This document shows positions 49,971-60,349 of a stretch of 64,000 nt of DNA, piece after piece. Origin of the DNA: an uncultured Pelagibacteraceae bacterium. Lineage in GTDB: Bacteria; Pseudomonadota; Alphaproteobacteria; Pelagibacterales; Pelagibacteraceae. Under the pieces are notes generated by a model that had not been told where the DNA came from, ran no database searches, and saw nothing but the letters and a program-made list of their open reading frames with translations. The DNA lies in NCBI GenBank assembly GCA_902559565.1, contig CACEIH010000001.1, positions 42,730 to 106,729 on the forward strand, read 5' to 3'. The position numbers and the translations under genes are program-made. Within the stretch, counting starts at the first letter, position 1; every line of letters starts with the position of its first letter.

Positions 49971-50344
49971 TGGCTTACAAATGGGACAATAAAAAACCAA
50001 CAGCACAAATGTTAGGAAGATGGCAACCATTTCATGATGGCCATTATACTTTATTCAAAGAAATTGTAAAAAAAACAGGTCAAGTTTGTATTCAAATTAG
50101 AGATGTACAGGGAGTTGATGACAATCCTTTTGATTTTGAAACAGTAAAAAGAAATATTGAGGATAGACTTAATCCAGAATTTGAGGGAAGATTCAAAATC
50201 ATGTTAGTACCTAATATTACAAATATCTGCTATGGCAGAGGCGTTGGTTATAAAATCGAAGAGATTATATTACCTGAAGAGATACAGAAAATTTCTGCCA
50301 CTAAAATTAGAGCAAAAATGAGAGAAGAAGGAAAGCTTAAATAG
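49970..50344 (+). CDS. Small HxGH nucleotidyltransferase (cytidylyltransferase-like)
   Basis: GRWQPFHDGH, NPF, ISATKIR. Confidence 0.78.
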   Translation: MAYKWDNKKPTAQMLGRWQPFHDGHYTLFKEIVKKTGQVCIQIRDVQGVDDNPFDFETVKRNIEDRLNPEFEGRFKIMLVPNITNICYGRGVGYKIEEIILPEEIQKISATKIRAKMREEGKLK

Positions 50345-50352
50345 AATTTTTA

Positions 50353-51126
50353 ATGAATATAAAAGTTAAAAATTTATCTGGTGGAATATCTATCATTACA
50401 ATTGATGAGCCTAAAACATACAACTCATTATCATTTAAAAATTTAAATGATTTAATTAAAGTCTTTAAAAACCTTGATAAAGAAAAAAAAACAAAAGTAA
50501 TTATTCTTGAAGGATCTGGCAAAGGTTTTAGTGCTGGACATAACCTTAAAGAAGTTAAACATTTAAAAGTAAGAAATAAATATCAAAAATTATTTAATCT
50601 CTGCTCAAAATTGATGCTTCAAATAGTTGAAGGCAGAAAACCAGTGATAGCAAAAGTACATGGTGCTGCTTATGCTGCTGGATGTCAATTAGTTGCAAGT
50701 TGTGATTTAGCCTATAGCACAAATGATGCTTTGTTTGCTACTCCTGGCGTAAATATAGGATTGTTTTGTAGTACTCCAATGGTTGCTGTGAGCAGAAAAA
50801 TTAATAGAAAACCTATGATGAAAATGCTGTTAACAGGAGAACCAATTAAAGCAAATTATGCAAAAGAAATTGGTTTAATTAATGATTGTTTTACAAAATC
50901 TAGATTAAATATTGAAGTTCTTAAAGTAGCAAAAAAAATAGCCTCTAAATCTAATCTTACAATTAAAATTGGAAAGCAGGCTTTTTATAAACAATTAGAG
51001 ATGCCATTAAAGAAAGCATATGCTTATACTAGCAAGATGATGACTCTTAATATGATGGCAATGGATGCAAAAGAAGGGATTTCAGCTTTTTTAGAAAAAC
51101 GAAAACCAAAATGGAAAAATAAATGA
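50353..51126 (+). CDS. Enoyl-CoA hydratase/isomerase family
   Basis: FSAGHNLKE, KPVIAKVHG.A.AAGCQLVASCDLA, FATPGVNIGLFCSTP. Confidence 0.92.
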   Translation: MNIKVKNLSGGISIITIDEPKTYNSLSFKNLNDLIKVFKNLDKEKKTKVIILEGSGKGFSAGHNLKEVKHLKVRNKYQKLFNLCSKLMLQIVEGRKPVIAKVHGAAYAAGCQLVASCDLAYSTNDALFATPGVNIGLFCSTPMVAVSRKINRKPMMKMLLTGEPIKANYAKEIGLINDCFTKSRLNIEVLKVAKKIASKSNLTIKIGKQAFYKQLEMPLKKAYAYTSKMMTLNMMAMDAKEGISAFLEKRKPKWKNK

Positions 51127-51308
51127 AAATGAAAAATATTATAACTATCATTTTAATTATTTTAGGACTTTATTTTGTTTTCACTTTTAGGGATCATAAC
51201 TTTAAAAGAGCTATTGATGCATGTATTGCTGGCAGCCAAAAGTTAGATAAACCAATGACTATAGAAGAAGCTAAAATATTTTGTGAAAAAGAAATTATGA
51301 ATAATTAA
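51123..51308 (+). CDS. Small hypothetical single-TM protein
   Basis: 61 aa, TM helix and two Cys; overlaps both neighbours. Confidence 0.6.
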   Translation: MKMKNIITIILIILGLYFVFTFRDHNFKRAIDACIAGSQKLDKPMTIEEAKIFCEKEIMNN

Positions 51309-51742
51309 TGAGTGAAATAAAAGAAATCCTTTCTAAATATAAAAAAATTGCAATGATTGGAGTTAGCAATGATCCAACTAAAGCATCGACTATTGTAATG
51401 AAGTATATGCAAAAGTATGGATTTAAAGTTTTTCCCATAAATCCTAAAGCCAAAGGTCAAAAAATTTTGGGAGAAAAAGTTTTTGAAAAAATTACAGATA
51501 TTAAAGAACAAGTTGACATCGTTGATGTATTTAGACCCTCTAAAGAAGCTTTAGATATTGCTAAGGATACAATAAAAATTGGGGGTAAAGTTTTGTGGTT
51601 ACAACTTGGTATTCGTAGTGAAGAGGCAAGATTATTAGTTGAGTCAAAAAATATAGAGTATGTTGAAAATAAATGTACAAAAATGGAATATCAGAAACAT
51701 TTTTTAAAAATCAGACAAGCTTTTCCAGTACTTCAAGAATAA
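51308..51742 (+). CDS. CoA-binding protein (YccU family)
   Basis: IAMIGVS, VFPINP, VDIVDVFRPS, LWLQLGI, NKC.KME. Confidence 0.9.
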   Translation: MSEIKEILSKYKKIAMIGVSNDPTKASTIVMKYMQKYGFKVFPINPKAKGQKILGEKVFEKITDIKEQVDIVDVFRPSKEALDIAKDTIKIGGKVLWLQLGIRSEEARLLVESKNIEYVENKCTKMEYQKHFLKIRQAFPVLQE

Positions 51743-51743
51743 T

Positions 51744-51932
51744 TTAGTTTTTTGTTATCACCCACGCACGGTGATAAAAATCATCAATATTTTTTTGTAT
51801 TAAAGATTTAGCTACCGCTTCAGCTTCATTTTTATCAGTGAAGGGCCCATATTCTTTTTTAGTTTTTTTATCGATAGTGCTCATTTCATTTGGATTTTTA
51901 TGTGAGCCTTCAACAACTATGTAATTGATCAT
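51744..51932 (-). CDS. Small DUF4170-like protein
   Basis: YIVVEG.H...YGPF...EA.......D..HR pattern. Confidence 0.55.
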   Translation of the reverse strand: MINYIVVEGSHKNPNEMSTIDKKTKKEYGPFTDKNEAEAVAKSLIQKNIDDFYHRAWVITKN

Positions 51933-51994
51933 ATTGGTTATTTATAAATTATTTATTAGTTTTAAATGTGGCATTTTAGTAATATGAAATTCTC

Positions 51995-52564
51995 ATGAAA
52001 AAAATATTTCTTATATATGGTCACTATAATGATAAATCATTTAACGCTTCTATAAGAAATACTTTTATAAACGCAGCAAAAGAAAAAGGTCATTCGATTG
52101 ACTCAGTTGACCTATATAAAGAAAAATTTAATCCAGTTTTTGCAGGTGAAGAACCTGATACCACGGTATTAGATCATAGAAAAAGAATAGATGCTTCTGA
52201 TATTATTGTTTTGATCGCTCCTATTTGGAATTTTAGAATGCCTGCAATTGTAGAAGGATGGATAGATAAAGTATTAGCACCACCTTGGGCTTTTAAGTTT
52301 AAACAACTTTGGGGAAACTATGGTTATCCAATTGGAAACCTTAAGGATAAAAAAGCAATTATTTTTTGCACTTATGGCTCACCAAGATTAGCAATCACAA
52401 CTTTTTTTTTAAATCTACCAATCAGAAGACTTAAAAGAGGGGTTTTTCATATGTGCGGCATTTATAATATTAATTACAGAAGATACTTTGCTGTACCATT
52501 TGTAAGTGAAGAAAAGCGAAAACAATTCCTTGAAGACGTCAAAAAGACTGCTCTTAGCGTTTAA
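51995..52564 (+). CDS. Flavodoxin-like NAD(P)H:quinone oxidoreductase
   Basis: GH...SFN, DLY.EKFNPV, PIWNFRMPAI.EGWIDKV. Confidence 0.88.
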   Translation: MKKIFLIYGHYNDKSFNASIRNTFINAAKEKGHSIDSVDLYKEKFNPVFAGEEPDTTVLDHRKRIDASDIIVLIAPIWNFRMPAIVEGWIDKVLAPPWAFKFKQLWGNYGYPIGNLKDKKAIIFCTYGSPRLAITTFFLNLPIRRLKRGVFHMCGIYNINYRRYFAVPFVSEEKRKQFLEDVKKTALSV

Positions 52565-53009
52565 TTTTATTTTATTTTATTTTTTAGGCACTGCTAGTCT
52601 TAAAGCAGATTTAATTAATCCAAGTAGCTCAATTAAACCAAAAGAAGTAATTCAAATTCAACTTACTGGATTGATGAAAAACGATGATTATTTTAAAGAT
52701 AGTGGTATAGAACAAACTTGGAAATTTGCTCATCCTGAAAATAAAAAAAACACAGGTCCTCTACCGAATTTCAAACAAATGATAAAAGGTAGATCATACC
52801 AGATGCTCATAAATCACATTAGTCATACAATTACTGAAGTTGGCAGTAGTGACAAATGGGCTCAATTTGAGGTTACAATTCTTGATCAAGAAAAGATTTA
52901 TCATAAGTTTAATTGGCAGGTTGAAAAATACACTATGGACGGCCCCTTAAAAGACTGTTGGTTGACTACGATGGTATCGAGCCCAATTCCGTTGGGAAGT
53001 TCAATTTGA
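52506..53009 (+). CDS. DUF4864-like exported protein
   Basis: P.EVIQIQL..L, GI..TW.FAHP.N, GPL.NF..M, CWLT; start may be TTG 52530. Confidence 0.65.
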   Translation: MKKSENNSLKTSKRLLLAFNFILFYFLGTASLKADLINPSSSIKPKEVIQIQLTGLMKNDDYFKDSGIEQTWKFAHPENKKNTGPLPNFKQMIKGRSYQMLINHISHTITEVGSSDKWAQFEVTILDQEKIYHKFNWQVEKYTMDGPLKDCWLTTMVSSPIPLGSSI

Positions 53010-53065
53010 TTATCATCAATACAATTTTGTTTCGTAATGAATAAAAATTTAGTAGGAATCGTTTT

Positions 53066-55498
53066 ATGAAAACTAAAACAAAAGTAGTTGTTGTTGGTGG
53101 AGGAGTAGTTGGTGTTAGTGCTCTTTATCACCTTGCAAAAAAAGGATGGACAGATGTTGTTTTAGTTGAGAGAAAAGAATTAACTTCTGGCTCGACATGG
53201 CATGCTGCTGGGTTATTACCTCTTTTTAATATGAGTTATTCTGTTGGACAACTTCATAAATATGCGGTCGATTTATATAAAAAATTAGAGGAAGAAACAG
53301 GAAAAAATGTTGGGTTCAGTGTTGTATCAAATATTCGTTTGGCGAGCACAAAAGACAGAATGGATGAATATCACCAATATGCTGGAGTAGCTAAAACGAT
53401 TGGAGTAGATGTAAAGTTTTTAACACCTAAACAAGTAAAAGAAATTTGGCCTTTATGTCATACAGATGATTTAGTTGGAGCAATCCAACATCCAGAAGAT
53501 GGATATATTCAACCAGCAGATTTAACACAAGCACTTGCAACAGGTGCAAGAAATAGAGGTGCAGAAATTTATAGAAACACAACCGTTTTAGCTATGAAGC
53601 AAACTAAAGATGGATGGATAGTAGAGACGGACAAAGGCTCAATCGAATGTGAACATGTAATATCTTGCTCAGGAAATTTTGCAAGACAAACTGGAGAAAT
53701 GGTTGGTTTAGATATTCCAGTTATACCTGTTGAACACCAATACATCGTAACAGAACCACATCCAGAAATTCAAAAAAGAAAAAAAGAAGGTTTGCCTGAA
53801 ATGGGAGTGCTTAGAGATAGTGATAGTAGATGGTACATGAGAGAAGAAGCAGGCGGATTAATCTTAGGTCCTTATGAAGATGGAGCACCCGCATGTTATG
53901 TCGAAGGACCATCAAAAAATTCCGAGTATGAGTTGTTTCAAGAAGATCTAGATAGACTTGCTCCACACATTGAAGGTGCAATACATCGTGTACCTGCTTT
54001 TGGAGAAGTAGGAGTTAAAAAAGTTTATAATGGAGCAATTTGTTATACACCTGATGGAAATCCTATAGTTGGTCCAGCCTGGGGATTAAAAAATTTTTGG
54101 ATTAATGAAGGTCATAGTTTTGGAATAACAGCAGCAGGAGGAGCAGGCTGGCAATTGGCTGAGTGGATTGTAGATGGGGAGCCAACAATAGATATGCTTG
54201 GTGTTGAACCTAGAAGATATGGAAATTATGCGACCAAATCTTATTTAAAAGCAAAAAATGAAGAAGCTTATAGTCATGTTTTTATTGTTCACTATCCAGA
54301 CGAAGAAAGACCAGCTGCTAGACCTCTTAGAACTTCACCATGCTATGAAAGAATGAAAGCTCTTGGAGCTGTATTTGGACAAAAATTTGGATGGGAAAGA
54401 CCAAACTTTTTTGCAACAGATGGTATGGAGCAAAAAGATGATTGGTCTTTTAGGAGATCAAAGTGGTTTGATGCAATTAAAAAAGAGTGTGAAAACGTAA
54501 AAAAGAATGTTGGTCTTCTAGATATGACAGCTTTTGCTAAATGTAGGATTAAAGGTCCAAAAGCAGAGGAGTTTTTAGATTATTTAGTTGCAAATAAGCT
54601 TCCAAAAAAAATTGGAAGAATAAATTTATGTCATGCACTGAATACTAAAGGTGGAGTGCATTCAGAATTTACAATTATGAAAGAAGCAGAAAATAGTTAT
54701 TATCTTGTTTCTGCAGGTGCAAATTTACGATTAGATCACGATTGGATTCAAAAGTGGATGCCAACAGATGGCTCAGTAATATTTGAGGACCTTACTAATA
54801 GCAATGGAGTTTTAGTTGTTGCAGGCCCTAAAGCGAGAGAATTAATGCAAAAAGTTTCAAAAGATGATTTTTCTAATGAAAATTTCAAATGGTTAACAGC
54901 TAAGAATGTTAATGTAGGATACGCTCCAGTAAATGCAATGAGAGTAAATTTTGTTGGTGAATTAGGCTGGGAATTACATCATCCGATTGAGTATCAAAAT
55001 CATATTTTTGATAAATTAATGGAAGCGGGCAAAGATTTGGGCATCAAGCCATTTGGAATCAGAGCAATGAATAGTTTAAGGGTTGAAAAATCTTACAAAC
55101 TTGTTGGAACTGAATTATCAATTGAATATTCACCATACGAGTCTGGTCTAGATAGATTTATTCACCCAAATAAAGGAAACTTTATTGGTCTTGAAGCTTT
55201 AAATAAGTGGAGAGAAAAAGGTTTTGATAATAAATTAGTAACACTTGAAATTCATAACACAACAGACTCAGATGTATTAGGTAATAACCCAATTTATAAA
55301 GATGATAAAGTTGTTGGAAGAGCAACGGGTGGTGAATACGGATTCAGATTAGATAAGTCAATTGCGCTAGCAATGGTTAAACCTGATTTAGCAAACGTTG
55401 GAGAAAAACTAAAAGTTGATATTCTTGGGAAAATGTATGAAGCTACAATTCTTGAAGAAAGCCCATACGATTCTGAAAATAAACTATTGAGAGCTTAA
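53066..55498 (+). CDS. Dimethylglycine/sarcosine dehydrogenase-like FAD plus GcvT protein
   Basis: [17 protein letters not shown] (covalent FAD His), [21 protein letters not shown]; start of etfB overlaps its stop. Confidence 0.9.
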   Translation: MKTKTKVVVVGGGVVGVSALYHLAKKGWTDVVLVERKELTSGSTWHAAGLLPLFNMSYSVGQLHKYAVDLYKKLEEETGKNVGFSVVSNIRLASTKDRMDEYHQYAGVAKTIGVDVKFLTPKQVKEIWPLCHTDDLVGAIQHPEDGYIQPADLTQALATGARNRGAEIYRNTTVLAMKQTKDGWIVETDKGSIECEHVISCSGNFARQTGEMVGLDIPVIPVEHQYIVTEPHPEIQKRKKEGLPEMGVLRDSDSRWYMREEAGGLILGPYEDGAPACYVEGPSKNSEYELFQEDLDRLAPHIEGAIHRVPAFGEVGVKKVYNGAICYTPDGNPIVGPAWGLKNFWINEGHSFGITAAGGAGWQLAEWIVDGEPTIDMLGVEPRRYGNYATKSYLKAKNEEAYSHVFIVHYPDEERPAARPLRTSPCYERMKALGAVFGQKFGWERPNFFATDGMEQKDDWSFRRSKWFDAIKKECENVKKNVGLLDMTAFAKCRIKGPKAEEFLDYLVANKLPKKIGRINLCHALNTKGGVHSEFTIMKEAENSYYLVSAGANLRLDHDWIQKWMPTDGSVIFEDLTNSNGVLVVAGPKARELMQKVSKDDFSNENFKWLTAKNVNVGYAPVNAMRVNFVGELGWELHHPIEYQNHIFDKLMEAGKDLGIKPFGIRAMNSLRVEKSYKLVGTELSIEYSPYESGLDRFIHPNKGNFIGLEALNKWREKGFDNKLVTLEIHNTTDSDVLGNNPIYKDDKVVGRATGGEYGFRLDKSIALAMVKPDLANVGEKLKVDILGKMYEATILEESPYDSENKLLRA

Positions 55499-56247
55499 TG
55501 AAAATTTTAGTCGCAGTAAAAAGAGTAATTGATTACAACGTTCAAGTTAGAGTTAAAGAGGATAATACAGGTGTTGTGACTGATAATGTAAAGATGTCTA
55601 CTAATCCACCAGATGATAATGCCATAGAAGAAGCTGTAAAGATCAAAGAAGCAGGCAAAGCAACAGAAGTGATAGCTGTAAGTATTGGAGAAGAAAAAGC
55701 TCAAGAAACAGTCCGTAAAGCTTTAGCAGTAGGTGCTGATAGAGGTATTCTCGTCAAGGTCGATGGCATTGTAGAACCTTTGGCTGTTTCTAAGTTATTG
55801 CAAAAAATTGTTGAAAAAGAAAAACCAGATTTAGTTTTTATGGGTAAACAAGCAATTGATGATGATTGCAATCAAACAGGTCAAATGTTAAGTGCTCTTT
55901 TAAATTGGCCTCAAGCAACTTTTGCATCAAAGATTGAAATTAAGGATAAAAAATTAGAAGTTACTAGAGAGATTGATGAAGGTCTTGAGACAATTGAAAT
56001 AAATATTCCAGCAATTGTAACATGCGATTTAAGATTAAATGAGCCAAGATATGCCTCATTACCTAATATCATGAAAGCTAAGAAAAAACCAATTGAACAA
56101 TTAAATGCGTCAGATTTGGGAGTAGATACTTCTCCTAGAATCGAACAAATTAAGGTTGAAGAACCACCTAAAAGAAAAGCAGGCATTAAAGTTTCTAGTG
56201 TTGCTGAACTGGTTCAAAAATTAAAAAATGAGGCAAAGGTAATATAA
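55498..56247 (+). CDS. etfB: Electron transfer flavoprotein beta subunit
   Basis: [42 protein letters not shown]. Confidence 0.96.
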   Translation: MKILVAVKRVIDYNVQVRVKEDNTGVVTDNVKMSTNPPDDNAIEEAVKIKEAGKATEVIAVSIGEEKAQETVRKALAVGADRGILVKVDGIVEPLAVSKLLQKIVEKEKPDLVFMGKQAIDDDCNQTGQMLSALLNWPQATFASKIEIKDKKLEVTREIDEGLETIEINIPAIVTCDLRLNEPRYASLPNIMKAKKKPIEQLNASDLGVDTSPRIEQIKVEEPPKRKAGIKVSSVAELVQKLKNEAKVI

Positions 56248-57201
56248 ATGTCAGTTTTATTAATTGCAGAACACAATAATAAAGAATTAAAACCTTTTAC
56301 ACTTAACGCTGTTACTGCAGCATCACAGATAGATTCAGAAGTTCATGCAATTGTTATTGGACAAAATTGTGATGGTGCTGCAAAAGCTTTATCAGAATTA
56401 CCTTTAGTGAAAAAAGTTATTCATGTCGAGGCAGCATATTATGAAAATTTTGTTGCAGAGAATTTTGCACCTGTAATTGTTAAGTTGGCAGATAATTATT
56501 CCCATATTGTTTGTTCAGCAAATACATTTGGAAAAAATTTAATGCCAAGAATTGCCGCAGCTTTAGACACATCCCAAATAAGTGACATCATTAAAGTAAT
56601 CTCTGCTGATACATTTTTAAGACCAATTTATGCTGGAAACGCTTTTGCAACTGTCAAAAGTAAGGATGCAAAAAAATGTGTTACAATAAGACCTACTTCA
56701 TTTGATCCTTGCGAAAGTTCAGGTGGATCAGCTCCAATTGAAAAAGCTGAACCAGGAGAAGAGTTTGGAAATACAAAATTTGTTAAAAGAGAAGAAATTA
56801 AATCTGATAGACCAGAACTTGGAACTGCAAGAGTTGTAATTTCTGGAGGAAGAGGAATGCAAAGTGGAGATAATTTTAAATTGATTACATCTATAGCTGA
56901 TAAATTGAATGCTGCGATAGGAGCTTCTAGAGCTGCAGTCGACGCTGGATATATCAGTAATGATCATCAAGTAGGCCAGACTGGTAAGGTTGTGGTTCCA
57001 GATTTATATATAGCAGTTGGTATTTCAGGAGCTATTCAGCATTTGGCTGGAATGAAAGAAAGCAAAATTATTGTTGCAATAAATAAAGATGGTGAGGCAC
57101 CCATATTTAGTGTAGCTGATTATGGTCTTGAAGCTGATCTTTTTGAGGCCCTTCCACAATTCTTAGAGGAATTGAACAAATTAAACACTATACAAAAATA
57201 A
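56248..57201 (+). CDS. etfA: Electron transfer flavoprotein alpha subunit
   Basis: RPIYAGNA, SGGRG, GASRAAVDAG, QVGQTGK, GISGAIQH.AGM. Confidence 0.97.
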   Translation: MSVLLIAEHNNKELKPFTLNAVTAASQIDSEVHAIVIGQNCDGAAKALSELPLVKKVIHVEAAYYENFVAENFAPVIVKLADNYSHIVCSANTFGKNLMPRIAAALDTSQISDIIKVISADTFLRPIYAGNAFATVKSKDAKKCVTIRPTSFDPCESSGGSAPIEKAEPGEEFGNTKFVKREEIKSDRPELGTARVVISGGRGMQSGDNFKLITSIADKLNAAIGASRAAVDAGYISNDHQVGQTGKVVVPDLYIAVGISGAIQHLAGMKESKIIVAINKDGEAPIFSVADYGLEADLFEALPQFLEELNKLNTIQK

Positions 57202-57224
57202 TAGAATCTGTAAAAAAATAGATT

Positions 57225-58844
57225 ATGTCCAGAGAGACAATGGAATATGATGTAGTTATTGTTGGTGGAGGTCCTTCAGGCCTATCAACAGCAATTAAGT
57301 TAAAACAACTCAATTCTGAATTAAATGTTTGTCTTTTAGAAAAAGCCTCTGAGGTAGGTGCACACATTTTAAGCGGAAATGTATTTGAAACTAGGGCTTT
57401 AGATGAATTATTACCTGATTGGAAAAATTTAAACTCACCAATAAAAACTAAAGTTTCAAAAGAAAAATTTTTATTTTTAGGAAAAACAAAATCTTTAAGT
57501 TGGCCAACATGGTTACTACCGTCCGTTCAACAAAATCACAAAAATTATATTATTAGTTTAGCTAATTTATGTAGATGGCTCGCAGAACAAGCAGAAGCTT
57601 TAGGTGTTGAAATTTTTCCAGGTTTTCCCGCAAGTGAAATATTGTACGATGAAAATGGTGCAGTAAAAGGTGTTGCTACACAAGATATGGGTATTGATAA
57701 AGATGGAAATAAAAAAGATAGTTTTGAACCAGGTATAGAACTTTTAGGGAAAGTAACAGTATTTGCAGAAGGTTGTAGAGGTCACTTAGGAAAACAATTA
57801 ATTAAAAAATTTGAATTAGATAAAGGTAAAGATCCTCAACAATATGGAATAGGTTTTAAAGAAATATGGGAAATAAAAGAAGAAAGTCATCATGAAGGTA
57901 TGGTAATGCACACGGCAGGATGGCCACTGGATAACAATACTTATGGTGGAAGTTTTATGTACCATGCAGAAAATAAGCAAATCTTTCTTGGTTATGTGAT
58001 TGGTCTAGATTATAAAAATCCACATTTATCTCCATTTGATGAATTTCAAAGATTTAAAACGCATCCAGCGATAAAAAAAATTATTGAAGGTGGAAAAAGA
58101 ATTTCTTATGGCGCAAGAGCATTGATTGAGGGAGGTTTTCAAAGTTTGCCTAAAATGTTTATGCCAGGAGCATTAATTGTTGGTTGTGACGCAGGTACGT
58201 TGAATATGCCTAAAATTAAAGGATCACATACAGCGATGAAGAGTGGAATTATAGCTGCTGAGACAATTAATGAGCATTTAAAAGATAATAAAGATTTATC
58301 TATTTTTGAGGAAAAATTTAAAAAGAGCTGGTTGTATAAAGAACTTTATGAAGCAAGAAATGTTAAACCAAGTTTTAGTTGGGGATTAATTTTAGGAATC
58401 ATATTTACAGGAATAGATCAGATTTTATTTAGAGGAAAGATGCCTTTTACTTTAAAACATAAACATGCTGATCATGAGACATTAAAATTAGCAAGTGAAA
58501 TGCCAAAAATAGACTACCCAAAACCAGATAATGTAATTACGTTTGATAAAACTAGCTCAGTTTATTTAACAGGTACAAATCATGCTGATAATCAACCTGT
58601 GCATCTTAAACTTAAAGATGCATCATTACCAATAAGCTATACTCTAGAAAAATTTGATGAACCTGCTCAAAGATATTGTCCAGCAGGTGTATATGAAGTT
58701 CAACAAGAAAATGGTTTAAATAAATTTATTATAAATTCTCAAAATTGCATTCATTGTAAAACTTGTGACATTAAAGAACCTTCACAAAATATTACTTGGG
58801 TTACTCCAGAAGGTGGGGGTGGTCCAAAATATGGTAATATGTAA
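57225..58844 (+). CDS. etfD: ETF-ubiquinone oxidoreductase
   Basis: GGGPSGL, GAHILSG, KIKGSH.AMKSG, CPAGVYE, NCIHCKTCDIK. Confidence 0.95.
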   Translation: MSRETMEYDVVIVGGGPSGLSTAIKLKQLNSELNVCLLEKASEVGAHILSGNVFETRALDELLPDWKNLNSPIKTKVSKEKFLFLGKTKSLSWPTWLLPSVQQNHKNYIISLANLCRWLAEQAEALGVEIFPGFPASEILYDENGAVKGVATQDMGIDKDGNKKDSFEPGIELLGKVTVFAEGCRGHLGKQLIKKFELDKGKDPQQYGIGFKEIWEIKEESHHEGMVMHTAGWPLDNNTYGGSFMYHAENKQIFLGYVIGLDYKNPHLSPFDEFQRFKTHPAIKKIIEGGKRISYGARALIEGGFQSLPKMFMPGALIVGCDAGTLNMPKIKGSHTAMKSGIIAAETINEHLKDNKDLSIFEEKFKKSWLYKELYEARNVKPSFSWGLILGIIFTGIDQILFRGKMPFTLKHKHADHETLKLASEMPKIDYPKPDNVITFDKTSSVYLTGTNHADNQPVHLKLKDASLPISYTLEKFDEPAQRYCPAGVYEVQQENGLNKFIINSQNCIHCKTCDIKEPSQNITWVTPEGGGGPKYGNM

Positions 58845-59219
58845 TTAAGATAAATCTATAGCAAATTTCTTTAGTGTTTCTATTGGAAGAATTTTAAGAG
58901 TATTTTGGTGAGTACTTTTTAAATAGATTGGACAACCTTTACCTGCCTCAACAGCTTTTGCATACCAACTTGCACAAACACACCAACCGTCCCCATCTTT
59001 TAATCCAGGGAAACCAAATTCTGGATGAGGTGTTATTAGATCATTACCGGCTTCTTTACACCATTCTAAAAATTCAGTTGTTACTTTTGCACAAACTGTA
59101 TGTACACCATGATCATTTTCATCAGTATTGCAGCAGCCATCCCTATACCATCCAGTAAGTGGATCGCTGGAGCAATTTTCTAAATTTTCTCCCAAAACAT
59201 TTTTTTGGTTTCTATTCAT
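58845..59219 (-). CDS. DUF2237 family protein
   Basis: NVLG..L..CS.DP.TG.YRDGCC, H.VCA, GNDL.TP, FPGLK.GD.WC.CA. Confidence 0.85.
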   Translation of the reverse strand: MNRNQKNVLGENLENCSSDPLTGWYRDGCCNTDENDHGVHTVCAKVTTEFLEWCKEAGNDLITPHPEFGFPGLKDGDGWCVCASWYAKAVEAGKGCPIYLKSTHQNTLKILPIETLKKFAIDLS

Positions 59220-59820
59220 TTATTTTTTCAAAAGTATTTTTGTCTATTTCTAAATTAAATGAAAATGATCTTCTTTCTCCTTCTACATTAAAAGGATAAG
59301 CAGTATGCATTAAATAATTTGGAAAAATTATCATATCTCCAACTTTAGGTTTATGGTTAAATATACTTTTATTTAAGAAAGATTTTGAACCATGAATAAA
59401 ATCTATTGTTCCATTTGTTTTTGATTTTTTTTTGCTTTTTGTAAAATTTTTTGGAATTTTTAAATACCCAACACCTGATAAATTACCAGAATGATAATGA
59501 ATTGGATTATATTCATTCTTAAACTGTCTAACTACCCAAAAATTTTTAACTTTAAAATTTTTTAAATTTTTATTTGAGGATTTCTTTATAAATTTTTTAA
59601 TATTTTTTTTTAAAAATTTTGATAAATATTTGTTTATGAAGGATTTTGAGATCTCCAATTCTTGTTTAACTTCACCTACTAATTTTTTTGAATAATCACT
59701 TTTCTTTGATCTAGAGGTATTATTTAAGATACTATCAACCTCTTTATTAATTTTGGAGACAATATTTTTTGGAATTTTAACAATACCTAATTTAGGACCA
59801 AATGGACTTTGTATTTTCAT
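59212..59820 (-). CDS. Putative 2OG-Fe(II) oxygenase
   Basis: W...Q...EYNP.H.H...LSGV.YL, GD..IFP..L.H...PF...ERRS.SFN. Confidence 0.75.
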   Translation of the reverse strand: MKIQSPFGPKLGIVKIPKNIVSKINKEVDSILNNTSRSKKSDYSKKLVGEVKQELEISKSFINKYLSKFLKKNIKKFIKKSSNKNLKNFKVKNFWVVRQFKNEYNPIHYHSGNLSGVGYLKIPKNFTKSKKKSKTNGTIDFIHGSKSFLNKSIFNHKPKVGDMIIFPNYLMHTAYPFNVEGERRSFSFNLEIDKNTFEKINE

Positions 59821-59823
59821 GAT

Positions 59824-60291
59824 TTAAATTTTTGTAGGATTTGGTTGATCTTTATATACTTTATCAGGATCAAATTTTTTTTCTTTTTCTAAAAATTTCA
59901 TCTTTATTTGTCTTGCATTATCAATTGAACCAAGAGGGACCGATCTATAAAAACATGATCTATATCCCACATGGCAGCTTGATCCCTCACCAATATCGAC
60001 AGTCAGCCAAATAGAATCTTGGTCATCATCGATCCGGATTTCTTTTACTTTTTGAATAAAACCACTTGTTTGTCCTTTGTGCCAGATAGCATTTCTTGAC
60101 CTGCTAAAATAATGTGCCTCTTTAGTTTCAATTGTTTTTTTTAATGCTTCAACATTCATATAACCGTGCATAAGAATATCTTTTGTTTTAGAGCACATTG
60201 TGATGACAGGAATCAAACCATCATTGTCAAATTTCGGTGAAAGTAGATCACCCTCTTCAATTTCAGCTACGTTTTCTCTTTTTTTGAACAT
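59824..60291 (-). CDS. hisI: Phosphoribosyl-AMP cyclohydrolase
   Basis: GLIPVI, YFSRSR..IWHKG.TSG, DDDQD, CHVGYRSCFYR. Confidence 0.95.
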   Translation of the reverse strand: MFKKRENVAEIEEGDLLSPKFDNDGLIPVITMCSKTKDILMHGYMNVEALKKTIETKEAHYFSRSRNAIWHKGQTSGFIQKVKEIRIDDDQDSIWLTVDIGEGSSCHVGYRSCFYRSVPLGSIDNARQIKMKFLEKEKKFDPDKVYKDQPNPTKI

Positions 60292-60349
60292 TTCCGGTGA
60301 TTATGTAGCACATATCTAGATATATTAAATATTTTAAAAAGAAGCATTT

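Noticed and set aside
7017-50492. Poly-A/T runs of 8-11 nt in coding regions as phase-variation sites
   Set aside because: Frequent in AT-rich, Lys-rich genes; reading frames are intact and no frameshifted gene was evident
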